NCBI RefSeq assembly: GCF_000025125.1
Contig: NC_013771.1
Location: 660,001-692,000 of the forward strand
Source of the DNA: Candidatus Atelocyanobacterium thalassa isolate ALOHA
GTDB taxonomy: Bacteria; Cyanobacteriota; Cyanobacteriia; Cyanobacteriales; Microcystaceae
Length of the DNA: 32,000 nucleotides
Reading direction: 5' to 3'
Shown: in pieces, positions 22,248 through 30,363 of the stretch
Numbering within the stretch: the first letter of the stretch is position 1
Layout: each line of letters begins with the position of its first letter
The notes under the pieces: model-generated
What the model was told of the DNA's origin: nothing
Database searches by the model: none
What the model saw: the letters and a program-made list of their open reading frames with translations, nothing else
Translations under genes and position numbers: made by a program

Positions 22248-23666
22248 TTATTCTATATACTTTAATTTACTTCTTAACGTCCATTGAATATTTTGAAAAA
22301 CTGATTTTGGAGTTAAAGATTCTAAAATATCTTTTATTACTTTTTTAGGTCCTTCAGGTCCCCATATAGCACCGCTAATTAAATACCTCTTTGTAACTTT
22401 TCCTATCATATAACAAGTAATACTTGCAATAACACCTTGGAAAATTCTAGTAAGCAAATGAAAAAATATAGAATTATCAAATAAGTAAAAAACTGTTTCG
22501 TTAGAAGTATCTTTTAAAAAATTTAATCCAAATGATATGAAGAATTCGCTAATACTAATACTAATCATGCTAATAATGAGCTTTTTAATTAGAGAAATTC
22601 TTCCTTTTTGAGTTATTGAAACATTATACAAATCAGATAAAGTTAATATCATGAGCATATCAACAAGAGATCCTAGTACTAAATCCAAAATAATTATAGG
22701 ACTAGAACCAATAACTATAAATTTCAGTATTGCAGCTTTTTGAATGATGTGATTCGCTTGCTCATTATAAGTTTTAAACTTATGTAGCATAGCCTGTTCA
22801 TTAATTTTATCTGCTAATAACATAGAATTAAAAGCTATTAAGGATTGCCCTTCCCTATTTAACAAATCTAGTATTTTTAATTTTAATTGTTCAATTTGTG
22901 GTTTACCTTTAAGATACTTAATCTTCCAACAACCTTGTTTGTTTTTCACTAATTTTGAAACAAGTGGAGATGCTGCAACTGTTGTGATTTCATTATAAAC
23001 AAACATTTCTCCAATACGTTCGTGACATATTTTTTGATAAATTTCTAAACGGTCTAATTCTGAATATTGATCTATTTTATTAAAAACTATAATAACTGGC
23101 TTTCCTAACTCTTGTAATGTGTATAAAGCATCAAATTCTTTTTTAACCATGTCCTCTGTTATGGCAAACAGTATCAAGTCAGCTTTTTCAGCAACTTTGT
23201 AAGATATAGTCTCTCTATTTTTACCGTTTATTTCATCTAAACCAGGAGTGTCAATTAGCTGAATTCTATGATATTTAGATCCTGATAAGTATATTGAGTC
23301 CTTATTTTTTAATAACTTCCAATTAGCAGTTGCAATAGTTTTAGTAATTCCATGAAGAGCTCCTGTCTTAAAAGCTTCCTTCCCTAGCAAGCTGTTAAGA
23401 ATAGATGATTTACCTTTTCCTACCATACCAAAAATAGCAATTTGTACAATGTTTTTTTCTAATTTTAATAATGCCTGTTTTAAGAATCTTAATTCTGTTT
23501 CTGGTCTTTGTACATCTTGCTTTGATACAGAAAAATAATCAACAAGGTTTTTTAAAGTATGTTTTGCTTGTGTATAGTTTAATTCTTCTTTTGTTTTTGC
23601 TACACTTAATAGATCTTTGTGTATATTTTTATAGCAAGGTCTGTGGTTTAAATTTAGTCGAAGCAT
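22248..23666 (-). CDS. P-loop GTPase with a C-terminal membrane (DUF697-like) domain
   Basis: G1 is GMVGKGKSS, G3 is DTPGLDE and G4 is FNKIDQ. The last ~150 aa are hydrophobic (IVIGSSPIIILDLVLGSLVDMLMILTL...). Confidence 0.78.
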   Translation of the reverse strand: MLRLNLNHRPCYKNIHKDLLSVAKTKEELNYTQAKHTLKNLVDYFSVSKQDVQRPETELRFLKQALLKLEKNIVQIAIFGMVGKGKSSILNSLLGKEAFKTGALHGITKTIATANWKLLKNKDSIYLSGSKYHRIQLIDTPGLDEINGKNRETISYKVAEKADLILFAITEDMVKKEFDALYTLQELGKPVIIVFNKIDQYSELDRLEIYQKICHERIGEMFVYNEITTVAASPLVSKLVKNKQGCWKIKYLKGKPQIEQLKLKILDLLNREGQSLIAFNSMLLADKINEQAMLHKFKTYNEQANHIIQKAAILKFIVIGSSPIIILDLVLGSLVDMLMILTLSDLYNVSITQKGRISLIKKLIISMISISISEFFISFGLNFLKDTSNETVFYLFDNSIFFHLLTRIFQGVIASITCYMIGKVTKRYLISGAIWGPEGPKKVIKDILESLTPKSVFQNIQWTLRSKLKYIE

Positions 23667-23859
23667 TTTCTTAGATTTATACTATTCAAATTATGCTCAA
23701 TCTAATCTTCATTGATTCTTAAAATAAATTTTAATGATAGAATCAACTGCTGAAAAGCATATCAAAAAAAATTACATAGCTATTTTAAATTTGCCCAATA
23801 TTAATTAACTACTTTCAAATGATTAATGTTTTTAGACATTATAGAAAATAAAAATTTTT

Positions 23860-24796
23860 ATGTTAGAGTCAAATTTAAATAATAAATGGACTTTTAAGCC
23901 TACTCCTATTGTAAAGTGGGCTGGTGGTAAAAGACAATTATTAAGCAAATTAAAGGATAAATACCCCAAAGAATTAAAGAAAGGATTGATAAAAACTTAT
24001 CTAGAGCCTTTTTGTGGTGGTGCTGCAGTTTTTTTTGACATTTGTTTTTCTTACGAAATTAAAAAGGCTTATCTTTTTGATAAAAATATAGAATTAATCA
24101 TACTGTATAAAACCATACAACATGATGTTTATAAGTTAATAAATAAATTGTATGAACTAGAAGATAAGTATTTAAGTTTATCTCTGAGTGAAAGAAGCGA
24201 GTTCTATTACAACATTAGGAAACTATACAATACCTTTGACAAGCAAATTGACTCTAATTTCTATAGTTCAGAATGGATGGAGAGAGCTTGCTATACGATG
24301 TTCCTCAATAAGACATGTTTTAATGGCTTATACAGAGTTAATCGCCAAGGAAAATTTAATGTCCCAATAGGTAATTATAAAAATCCTAAAATTTTTTGCG
24401 AAAAAAATTTGATTGCTGTTAGTAAAGCATTTGAAATTGCGGAAATTAAGTATAGAGATTTTTCTGAAGTTCTTAAATATGCTAATGAATCTACTTTTAT
24501 TTATTATGATCCACCTTATCGTCCTATTAAGAATAAAAGTAACTTCAGGGCTTATACTTCATTAAAATTTGATGATAGAGAACAACAGAGGTTACAACAA
24601 GTATTCATAAAAGCATCGAAATTACAAGCATTGCAAATGCTAAGCAACTCAGATCCTAAAAAACTATACAGATGATGATTTTTTTGATGAATTGTATAAA
24701 GAATTTTATATTAGTAGATTTTCGGCTTTAAGAATGATAAATTCTAAAAGTCATAAGAGAGGCAGTGTTAGCGAAATTGTTATAACTAATTACTGA
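23860..24796 (+). pseudogene. dam: DNA adenine methyltransferase (Dam, GATC-type N6-A MTase) split by a +1 frameshift at an A6 run
   Basis: Frame 1 (23860-24675) encodes the Dam N-terminus and core (VKWAGGKRQLL, EPFCGGAAVFF, YYDPPY) and stops at ...LSNSDPKKLYR*. The conserved Dam C-terminus YTDDDFFDELYKEFYISRFSALRMINSKSHKRGSVSEIVITNY* continues in the +1 frame from 24665 to 24796. The junction is the homopolymer AAAAAA at 24658-24663. Confidence 0.8.
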
Positions 24797-24965
24797 AACA
24801 TGAAAGTATCTAAAATAAAAAAAGTCTAGGGAACTGTTAGGCTAATATTTTTTATATTTAAAAGTAAATGATTAAAATATTGATACTAAATTTATAAAAT
24901 ATATAGTTTTCTCTTACTGAAGCAAATGTAATACTACGAAATTCGTAACATATTTAGAATTTGCT

Positions 24966-26048
24966 TTACTTGGCTAGCGCAATTGCAAGGGAAATAGCTT
25001 CTTTTAAACTAGTTGCTGTAGCAATACCTTTTCCAGCAATATCAAAAGCAGTTCCATGATCAGGTGAGGTACGAATGAAAGGTAATCCAATAGTATTATT
25101 GACAGCTTGTTCAAAAGCCATTAATTTCATAGGTATTAATCCTTGATCATGATACAAGGATAAGTAAGCATCTGCTAATCTATCAGTATTTTGATTATTA
25201 ATTAGATTGTTAGTTTTTTCTGAATTTAACAAATTTCCGAACCAAGCCTTTACAGGTTGTATCCACATCGTATCAGGAGGAACTAAACCAACTAACTCAA
25301 CATTAGGATAATTTATTCTTTCTTTCTTTAACCAAGGTAATAACCAATCTTTTTCTTCTGTTCCCAATTGTCCATTTTCTCCACTATGAGGATTTAATCC
25401 TCCAATAATAATTTTTGGATTTTTAATAGAAAAATTATTCTCAAGATAATTAATTAATAAGTTTAATTTTATGGACATTAGCTTAGGGGTTAAAGTTTGT
25501 GAAACTTTGTTTAAAGGAATATGCGTAGTAGCCAATAATGTTCTCATAGTCCATCCAGTATAAGGAGATTTAGCTACGAATAACATACCGAATTGATCAA
25601 CTCTTGATCTTTCTGCTAAAACTTCAGTTTGTCCAGGATAATCAAATCCAGCTACTTTCCAAGATGATTTTGAAATAGGAGCTGTAATTATTCCTTGAAA
25701 GTTTCCTCTGAGAGTTTCGGTAATTGCTGTGTTTAAATAATCAAAACTCGTTTTTCCACTAATTGCGTTAATATAGCCTGGAATAATTTGGGACTGAATA
25801 GTAGGTTTTATTGGAATATCAAGGATTGAAAGTGTCTCAGGATTAGCTAACTTTTCTTTTTTTATTGGTAACTGTTGATAATTTTGCAGCAATATCGATT
25901 TTGTCCCAACAACAGTTAACTCACAAGATTGGGAAATCATAGGATCTGTTAACACTTTAAGAATAATTTCTGGTCCAATACCAGCTGGATCTCCAAGTGT
26001 TAGAGCTAATTTTGGACGTTTGTCAGAAAAAAGGTTAGCAGATTGCAT
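24966..26048 (-). CDS. pdxA: 4-hydroxythreonine-4-phosphate dehydrogenase
   Basis: The 360-aa ORF has PdxA motifs: [45 protein letters not shown], and [17 protein letters not shown]. Confidence 0.93.
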   Translation of the reverse strand: MQSANLFSDKRPKLALTLGDPAGIGPEIILKVLTDPMISQSCELTVVGTKSILLQNYQQLPIKKEKLANPETLSILDIPIKPTIQSQIIPGYINAISGKTSFDYLNTAITETLRGNFQGIITAPISKSSWKVAGFDYPGQTEVLAERSRVDQFGMLFVAKSPYTGWTMRTLLATTHIPLNKVSQTLTPKLMSIKLNLLINYLENNFSIKNPKIIIGGLNPHSGENGQLGTEEKDWLLPWLKKERINYPNVELVGLVPPDTMWIQPVKAWFGNLLNSEKTNNLINNQNTDRLADAYLSLYHDQGLIPMKLMAFEQAVNNTIGLPFIRTSPDHGTAFDIAGKGIATATSLKEAISLAIALAK

Positions 26049-26204
26049 CTTGTTATTTTGCCTTCATGTTTTACAATACGTATTAACGAATTAATTTTGC
26101 TTAAGATTAATAAGCCTATTTATATCGTATATTAGGTAATCTTAAATATGAGCTAAATTCGTCAATAATTTTATATGTATGTTCCTTCTATTGGGAGAAT
26201 ATTT

Positions 26205-26318
26205 ATGACAGCTGAAAGTATGATGTTTAACGGTCCAGTTTTAATAGCAGGTTTAGTTCTCTTTGGCTTAGCTTGGGGATTTGTTATACTCAAAATTCAA
26301 GGAGGAGAAGCTGAATAG
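26205..26318 (+). CDS. petM: Cytochrome b6-f complex subunit 7 (PetM), 37 aa
   Basis: This ORF is not in the supplied track because it is too short. It reads ATG at 26205 to TAG at 26316-26318 and encodes [37 protein letters not shown]. This closely resembles PetM of Synechocystis-type cyanobacteria as I remember it (MTAES...GLAWGF...K.QG). It has a single TM helix. Confidence 0.8.
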   Translation: MTAESMMFNGPVLIAGLVLFGLAWGFVILKIQGGEAE

Positions 26319-26332
26319 TTCATGGAAATGAA

Positions 26333-26363
26333 GAGGAAGTATAGCTAAATAGCTATGCTCCTC
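26333..26363 (+). terminator. Imperfect hairpin downstream of petM
   Basis: The core atagct (26341-26346) pairs with agctat (26351-26356). It is extended by gagga-ag / gct-cctc pairing with one bulge and one G-U pair. It starts 15 nt after the petM stop. There is no clear U-tract. Confidence 0.35.
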
Positions 26364-26607
26364 ATTAGAGAATTATATAACTATAATATGTCATTCAATT
26401 TTATTATTTTTCATTTGAGTTTTTCAAGAGTTAACTGTTAAATTTTGAAAAATGTTTAACAGGAAAATTGAAGCCATATGGAAATATTAAAAAATATTTT
26501 CTAATATTATTGATACTAAATTAATAGTTAGGCTGAAGAATTATTATCTGTACATCTTTAATTTTTGTTGAATTTACTTTTCTATGAAAAATAAAATATC
26601 ACAAATA

Positions 26608-27027
26608 TTATTCTTTTTCATGAATACGAGGGCAAGTTTCTAAATCTTCAGAAGAGAAATTTACAGGATTTAATCCAATCCAAGTATCAATAATATTGTA
26701 CTCAAAACCTATTTTATAAGTTTGATCAACTTGAAGTAAAGGACGACGAATTAACAGAGGATCTGCTATCATAAGTTCTAAAACATCGTTTTTATCAGAG
26801 TTCATAAAATTTTCAGGTATAATTTCCTTCGATTTTACTCTTGGTGCACTATAGTTAAACCAAGAAGTTATGGGAAAATCTTTAAGAAATAAATATAACT
26901 TATCTATTGTCCAAGATTCAGTTAAAATATTCTTGATGTCTAATTTGTGACCTGCAGCAATAAGGAAATCTTTTTGTTTTTTATTATTGCGACATCCTGG
27001 TTTTTCGTAAAATAGAACTTGAGCCAT
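26608..27027 (-). CDS. ArsC/Spx-fold nitrogenase-associated protein (about 15 kDa)
   Basis: The 139-aa ORF has the N-terminal thioredoxin-fold signature of the ArsC family (LFYEKPGCRNNKKQKDFLIAAGH) and LIRRPLL. It sits immediately downstream of nifT, as in other cyanobacterial nif clusters. Confidence 0.78.
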   Translation of the reverse strand: MAQVLFYEKPGCRNNKKQKDFLIAAGHKLDIKNILTESWTIDKLYLFLKDFPITSWFNYSAPRVKSKEIIPENFMNSDKNDVLELMIADPLLIRRPLLQVDQTYKIGFEYNIIDTWIGLNPVNFSSEDLETCPRIHEKE

Positions 27028-27085
27028 AGAATAAGTGGTACAGTGTGTTTTAATTAATTTCTCAATAATCTTTTGAACTAGGTTA

Positions 27086-27155
27086 TTTTAGTGATTATGC
27101 GTAAGGCTATAAGAACTTAATTAAGTTCTTATAGCCTTACGCATAATCACTAAAA
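27086..27155. repeat. Perfect 70-bp palindrome (35-bp arms, no spacer, centre TTAA)
   Basis: I checked all 35 positions base by base. 27086-27120 (ttttagtgattatgcgtaaggctataagaacttaa) is the exact reverse complement of 27121-27155. It lies between the nifT stop and the ArsC-like gene start. Confidence 0.95.
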
Positions 27156-27173
27156 AGATAAAGTATGATTATC

Positions 27174-27380
27174 CTATTCATCTGGTAAACGTTTTGCATC
27201 AAAAGTTTGAGGCAAATGTGTTTCATCATTAAGGTTTTCAATCTGTAGTCTCCAACCATTTGCTATCGTCAAAATTTTTCCACTACCCTCAACACTTTGC
27301 GCAACAACATCTTCCTCTAAATCTTTTTTGGGTACATAAATAGAAAATTTCGTACCATTATTACTTAAAATGACCTTCAT
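27174..27380 (-). CDS. nifT: Nitrogen fixation protein NifT/FixU
   Basis: The 68-aa ORF has the NifT signature KFSIYVPKKDLEE and the expected position after nifZ. Confidence 0.9.
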   Translation of the reverse strand: MKVILSNNGTKFSIYVPKKDLEEDVVAQSVEGSGKILTIANGWRLQIENLNDETHLPQTFDAKRLPDE

Positions 27381-27470
27381 AAAACTACTCCAATTAGGTA
27401 AATAATTAATACTGTATGGCTAAATAATTAGCTATTCATCAAAACTACTGCAAAAGCAGTTTTGTAGAAA

Positions 27471-27782
27471 TTAATTTTCTGCATTTTCTTCATCATCAGC
27501 ATCATCGAAGAAAACATCATCAGCAGCGACTATCTCATTATAACGGCAGCCTACAACATAACCACTTTCCAAAAAATGAACAGCATATATGTAATAGCTT
27601 TGGAGATAAGTACCAATACTAACAATATATCCCGTATCCCCTTTTTTAGCTAGACTCTCTCCTACTTCTTTACCAGGAAAGGTTCCATCATTACGAATCA
27701 TTTTTCGAAGACGGACTTTTTGCTCTATTTCAAAAACTGGAGGATCATTAAGTTCGATTTCACCTGGATTATACAATCCCAT
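27471..27782 (-). CDS. nifZ: Nitrogen fixation protein NifZ
   Basis: The 103-aa ORF has the NifZ core (FEIEQKVRLRKMIRNDGTFPGKEVGESLAKKGDTGYIV...IYAVHF). Its start overlaps the nifV stop by 14 nt, which suggests translational coupling. Confidence 0.9.
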   Translation of the reverse strand: MGLYNPGEIELNDPPVFEIEQKVRLRKMIRNDGTFPGKEVGESLAKKGDTGYIVSIGTYLQSYYIYAVHFLESGYVVGCRYNEIVAADDVFFDDADDEENAEN

Positions 27783-28902
27783 GAGATATTCTCCTATTTG
27801 TTACTAAATCAAGTAATTCTTCAGTTGTTAGATTTCGTTTCATTTGAACAGATAAATGACGAACAGAATCTAATATTTTTTGAGATTCTTCATAATCTAG
27901 ATTAATACCATGTTGGCTTAATAAATTTATTAATAAACTCCGTCCCGAATGTTTGCCAACTACCAAACGACGTTCCCAACCTATTTCTTCTGGTGCAAAA
28001 GGTTCATATGTTTGAGGATCTTTTAAAACTCCATGAGCATGAATACCTGACTCATGAGCAAAAATATTATCTCCAACAATTGCTTTCCAGGGCGGAAGCT
28101 TTACGCCAGAAGCTTGAATAATTAATTGAGATAATTCTCTTAAACGGGAAGTGTTTATTGATAAATTAACTTTATATAGCTGCTTGAGAGCCATTACAAT
28201 TTCTTCAAGGGCTGCATTACCAGCTCGTTCTCCTAATCCATTAACTGTAGTGTTTACTGATGTCGCTCCTGCTTGTATGCCGGCTAAAGCATTAGCAGTA
28301 GCTAAACCAAAATCATTATGGGTGTGCATCTCGATAGGAATAGTAAGATGTTTAACTAGTTTTTTTACTTTTTGAGTAGTAGTTAAAGGACTCAGAATCC
28401 CTACCGTATCACAGAAACGAAACCTAGAAGCTCCTAGATCTTGGGCGTATTGGGCAAACTCTATTAAAAATGACTCATCTGCACGTGAAGCATCTTCTGC
28501 ACCAACAGAAACAAAAAGTCCTTTATCTAAAGCAAAATTAAGAGTGCTTTTAAGTCTCTCCCAAACAACTGCAGTTTTTCCTTTGAATTTTGCCTTAATT
28601 TGTATATCAGATATAGGAACAGCTATATGAACTCTCTTTAAGCCACAGGCTATAGAAGCATTAATATCTGAAATTACTGCACGATTCCAACCGAGAAGGG
28701 AAGCTTTTAATCCACTATTAACAATACCGGTAATAGCTTCGGCTTCACTACCTCCCATTGCAGGAATTCCAACCTCTAGTTCAGGAATACCAATAATATC
28801 CATAAGAGATGCAATTGCAACTTTCTCGGCAGCATTGAAAACTATTCCTGCTGCTTGTTCACCATCTCTTAAAGTCGTATCATTGATATAAACATTACTC
28901 AT
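27769..28902 (-). CDS. nifV: Homocitrate synthase
   Basis: The HMGL-like/IPMS-family core is present (INDTTLRDGEQAAG, HTHNDFGLATANALAG, VNGLGERAGNAALEE, HESGIH). It sits in nif context. I prefer the internal Met (MSNVYINDTTLRDGEQ, ATG at 28902-28900). The track start at 28968 would overlap the upstream ORF. Confidence 0.93.
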   Translation of the reverse strand: MSNVYINDTTLRDGEQAAGIVFNAAEKVAIASLMDIIGIPELEVGIPAMGGSEAEAITGIVNSGLKASLLGWNRAVISDINASIACGLKRVHIAVPISDIQIKAKFKGKTAVVWERLKSTLNFALDKGLFVSVGAEDASRADESFLIEFAQYAQDLGASRFRFCDTVGILSPLTTTQKVKKLVKHLTIPIEMHTHNDFGLATANALAGIQAGATSVNTTVNGLGERAGNAALEEIVMALKQLYKVNLSINTSRLRELSQLIIQASGVKLPPWKAIVGDNIFAHESGIHAHGVLKDPQTYEPFAPEEIGWERRLVVGKHSGRSLLINLLSQHGINLDYEESQKILDSVRHLSVQMKRNLTTEELLDLVTNRRISHGIV

Positions 28903-28939
28903 GCATTTAATATTCAAGATTCCTAGACAAACCGTTTTA

Positions 28940-29152
28940 TTAGGGTGATTGAAGACGAACTTGGGCATCTAACCAATCCCAAATCAGTTGTAATTGATTA
29001 GACGAAATTAAGCCATATTGCCACAAAAGCATAGGAATTGGATCGCTTGGCTGACATTGGTTATTAAAGACAACAGATAAATCTTTTGAAGAAAGAGCAA
29101 TTTCTTGTTGTAGAAATTCTCTAAACTCTTCAGATATTAATTGTTTTTGCAT
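28940..29152 (-). CDS. Small conserved cyanobacterial protein, DUF2949-like
   Basis: From the internal Met (ATG at 29152-29150) the product is MQKQLISEEFREFLQQEIALSSKDLSVVF...PIPMLLWQYGLISSNQLQLIWDWL. The P(M/I)LLWQYGLI..xQL..I(F/W)DWL segment matches my memory of DUF2949 proteins. The longer track ORF (to 29236) adds an implausible Cys/Phe-rich leader. Confidence 0.55.
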   Translation of the reverse strand: MQKQLISEEFREFLQQEIALSSKDLSVVFNNQCQPSDPIPMLLWQYGLISSNQLQLIWDWLDAQVRLQSP

Positions 29153-29429
29153 AACAGTACTAGAAGTTAAGTTATTAATATTCTGACAGCAACTAGAAAA
29201 GAAACAAATATATTTAAGATTAAAATAATAAATCATTTCTTCAAGCCAAATTACTTAAAGATAAATAGTTACTAAATACTACTATAAAAACTTTAAGTTT
29301 ACTCAGCACATAAGCTGTTAAGTAAAATATCATAGTTACCATATTTCAATTCTAATACTAATTTGCAAGAAGCTATTATTTAACATCAATAGATAGCTAT
29401 TAGCCATCAAAAACCTTGTAAGTTATGAA

Positions 29430-29437
29430 GCGATCGC
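29430..29437. repeat. Single HIP1 octamer (GCGATCGC)
   Basis: There is an exact GCGATCGC at 29430-29437. I noticed no other copy while reading the window. HIP1 is usually abundant in Cyanothece/Synechocystis-type genomes. Confidence 0.5.
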
Positions 29438-30363
29438 AGACTATGAAAATAATTATTTGACTTAACTATTAAAACAGCTAAACGAAGGCTTTATAACTAA
29501 AAAGTATTTTTAAATCATACAACGAGAACCAAGATTCTCTTGTATAAGATATATCTTTATTTTCTCATTTATTAAGTCTATATCTAATAAAGTTTTAAGA
29601 GTATAAGTTTTTAAGCTATTTATTATTGATTCTCAAAGTATATTGACAATAAACAATGAATAGTTAGTAATAAAACTTTGTAGTCAAAATTTTTTTTCAA
29701 GTGCTCCGGATAATATACATTTTTAAATTTAAGCCCAGATAAACTCTTTACGTGTGATTTAACAAAAATTGTTTAATAATATTCCAATAAGTATTTGAGT
29801 ACCTTAACTATTTTGGTTGTTAATCTGATTTACATAGAACTTAACGAGTAACTCATAATAACTAATTCTTCATTTTTAAATTAAAAGTATTTAACATATC
29901 GATAACTTCACAACCCTATTTTTGATTAATCAATCTAACCAATTAGATATTGAGCAGAAAATAAAAGTTCTGACAATGAAGACGATGATTTAATTAAATT
30001 TGAACCTTAAAAAACTAAATAATGAGTATAAAAATACATGAATCTATTAATAAAAATACTCAGGCTATTCTCAAAAAATACATGTACCCTGCTCTTTACA
30101 AAAAAAAAATCTTTTTAAAGCCTTGTTTGAAGAGGTTTTGCAGATATGAGTGCATTCTAAGTATAGTAATGAATTCCTATTTCCCCGAAGTAACCTCACA
30201 CATCATTGATGAATGATATAAATGTTTATAACGCCGGAAACACAAAATCCATAACCCAATTGTAATTAATTACTAATTCACAAAGTTTTTAGACGGTTTT
30301 CTCTTAAAAAACCATTTTTATCATCTCCTACTGCCTTGTCACCCTTTAACTCCACGGAATTAA

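Noticed and set aside
24655-24675. Possible programmed ribosomal frameshift at the A-run in dam (CCU AAA AAA CUA).
   Set aside because: The required shift is +1, not -1. The zero-frame context does not form an X XXY YYZ slippery heptamer, and no downstream structure or in-frame stop-stimulated +1 motif is evident. A6 is also shorter than the tracts known to give efficient transcriptional slippage. A mutation or sequencing error is the simpler explanation.
24878-26522. A 15-nt direct repeat tattgatactaaatt at 24878-24892 and 26508-26522, flanking the pdxA-petM segment. This could suggest element boundaries.
   Set aside because: At this AT content, a rough estimate predicts several chance 15-mer matches in a 32-kb window when both strands are considered. 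There is no extended similarity beyond the 15-mer and no mobile-element gene between the copies.
10810-29236. Long N-terminal extensions in track ORFs: PIN/TRAM from TTG 10810, plsC to 12794, the small membrane protein from TTG 18029, nifV to 28968, and the DUF2949-like ORF to 29236.
   Set aside because: The extensions overlap neighbouring genes or add non-conserved, compositionally odd leaders. In each case an internal ATG gives an N-terminus consistent with the family, so I trimmed the coordinates.
30083-30100. A TGTA-N10-TACA dyad upstream of nifB as an NtcA binding site. The GTA-N6-TAC dyads in the same spacer were also considered.
   Set aside because: Canonical NtcA sites are GTA-N8-TAC. 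I scanned the spacer and found no N8 example, so calling an NtcA site is not supported. It is kept only as an unexplained dyad in the nifB-upstream finding.
30022-30216. A 64-aa ORF in the nifB upstream spacer (MSIKIHESINKNTQ...).
   Set aside because: It is Lys/Ile/Tyr-rich with composition identical to translated AT-rich non-coding DNA. It has no recognisable motif and no convincing ribosome-binding context. It sits where the nifB promoter is expected, so it is likely spurious.
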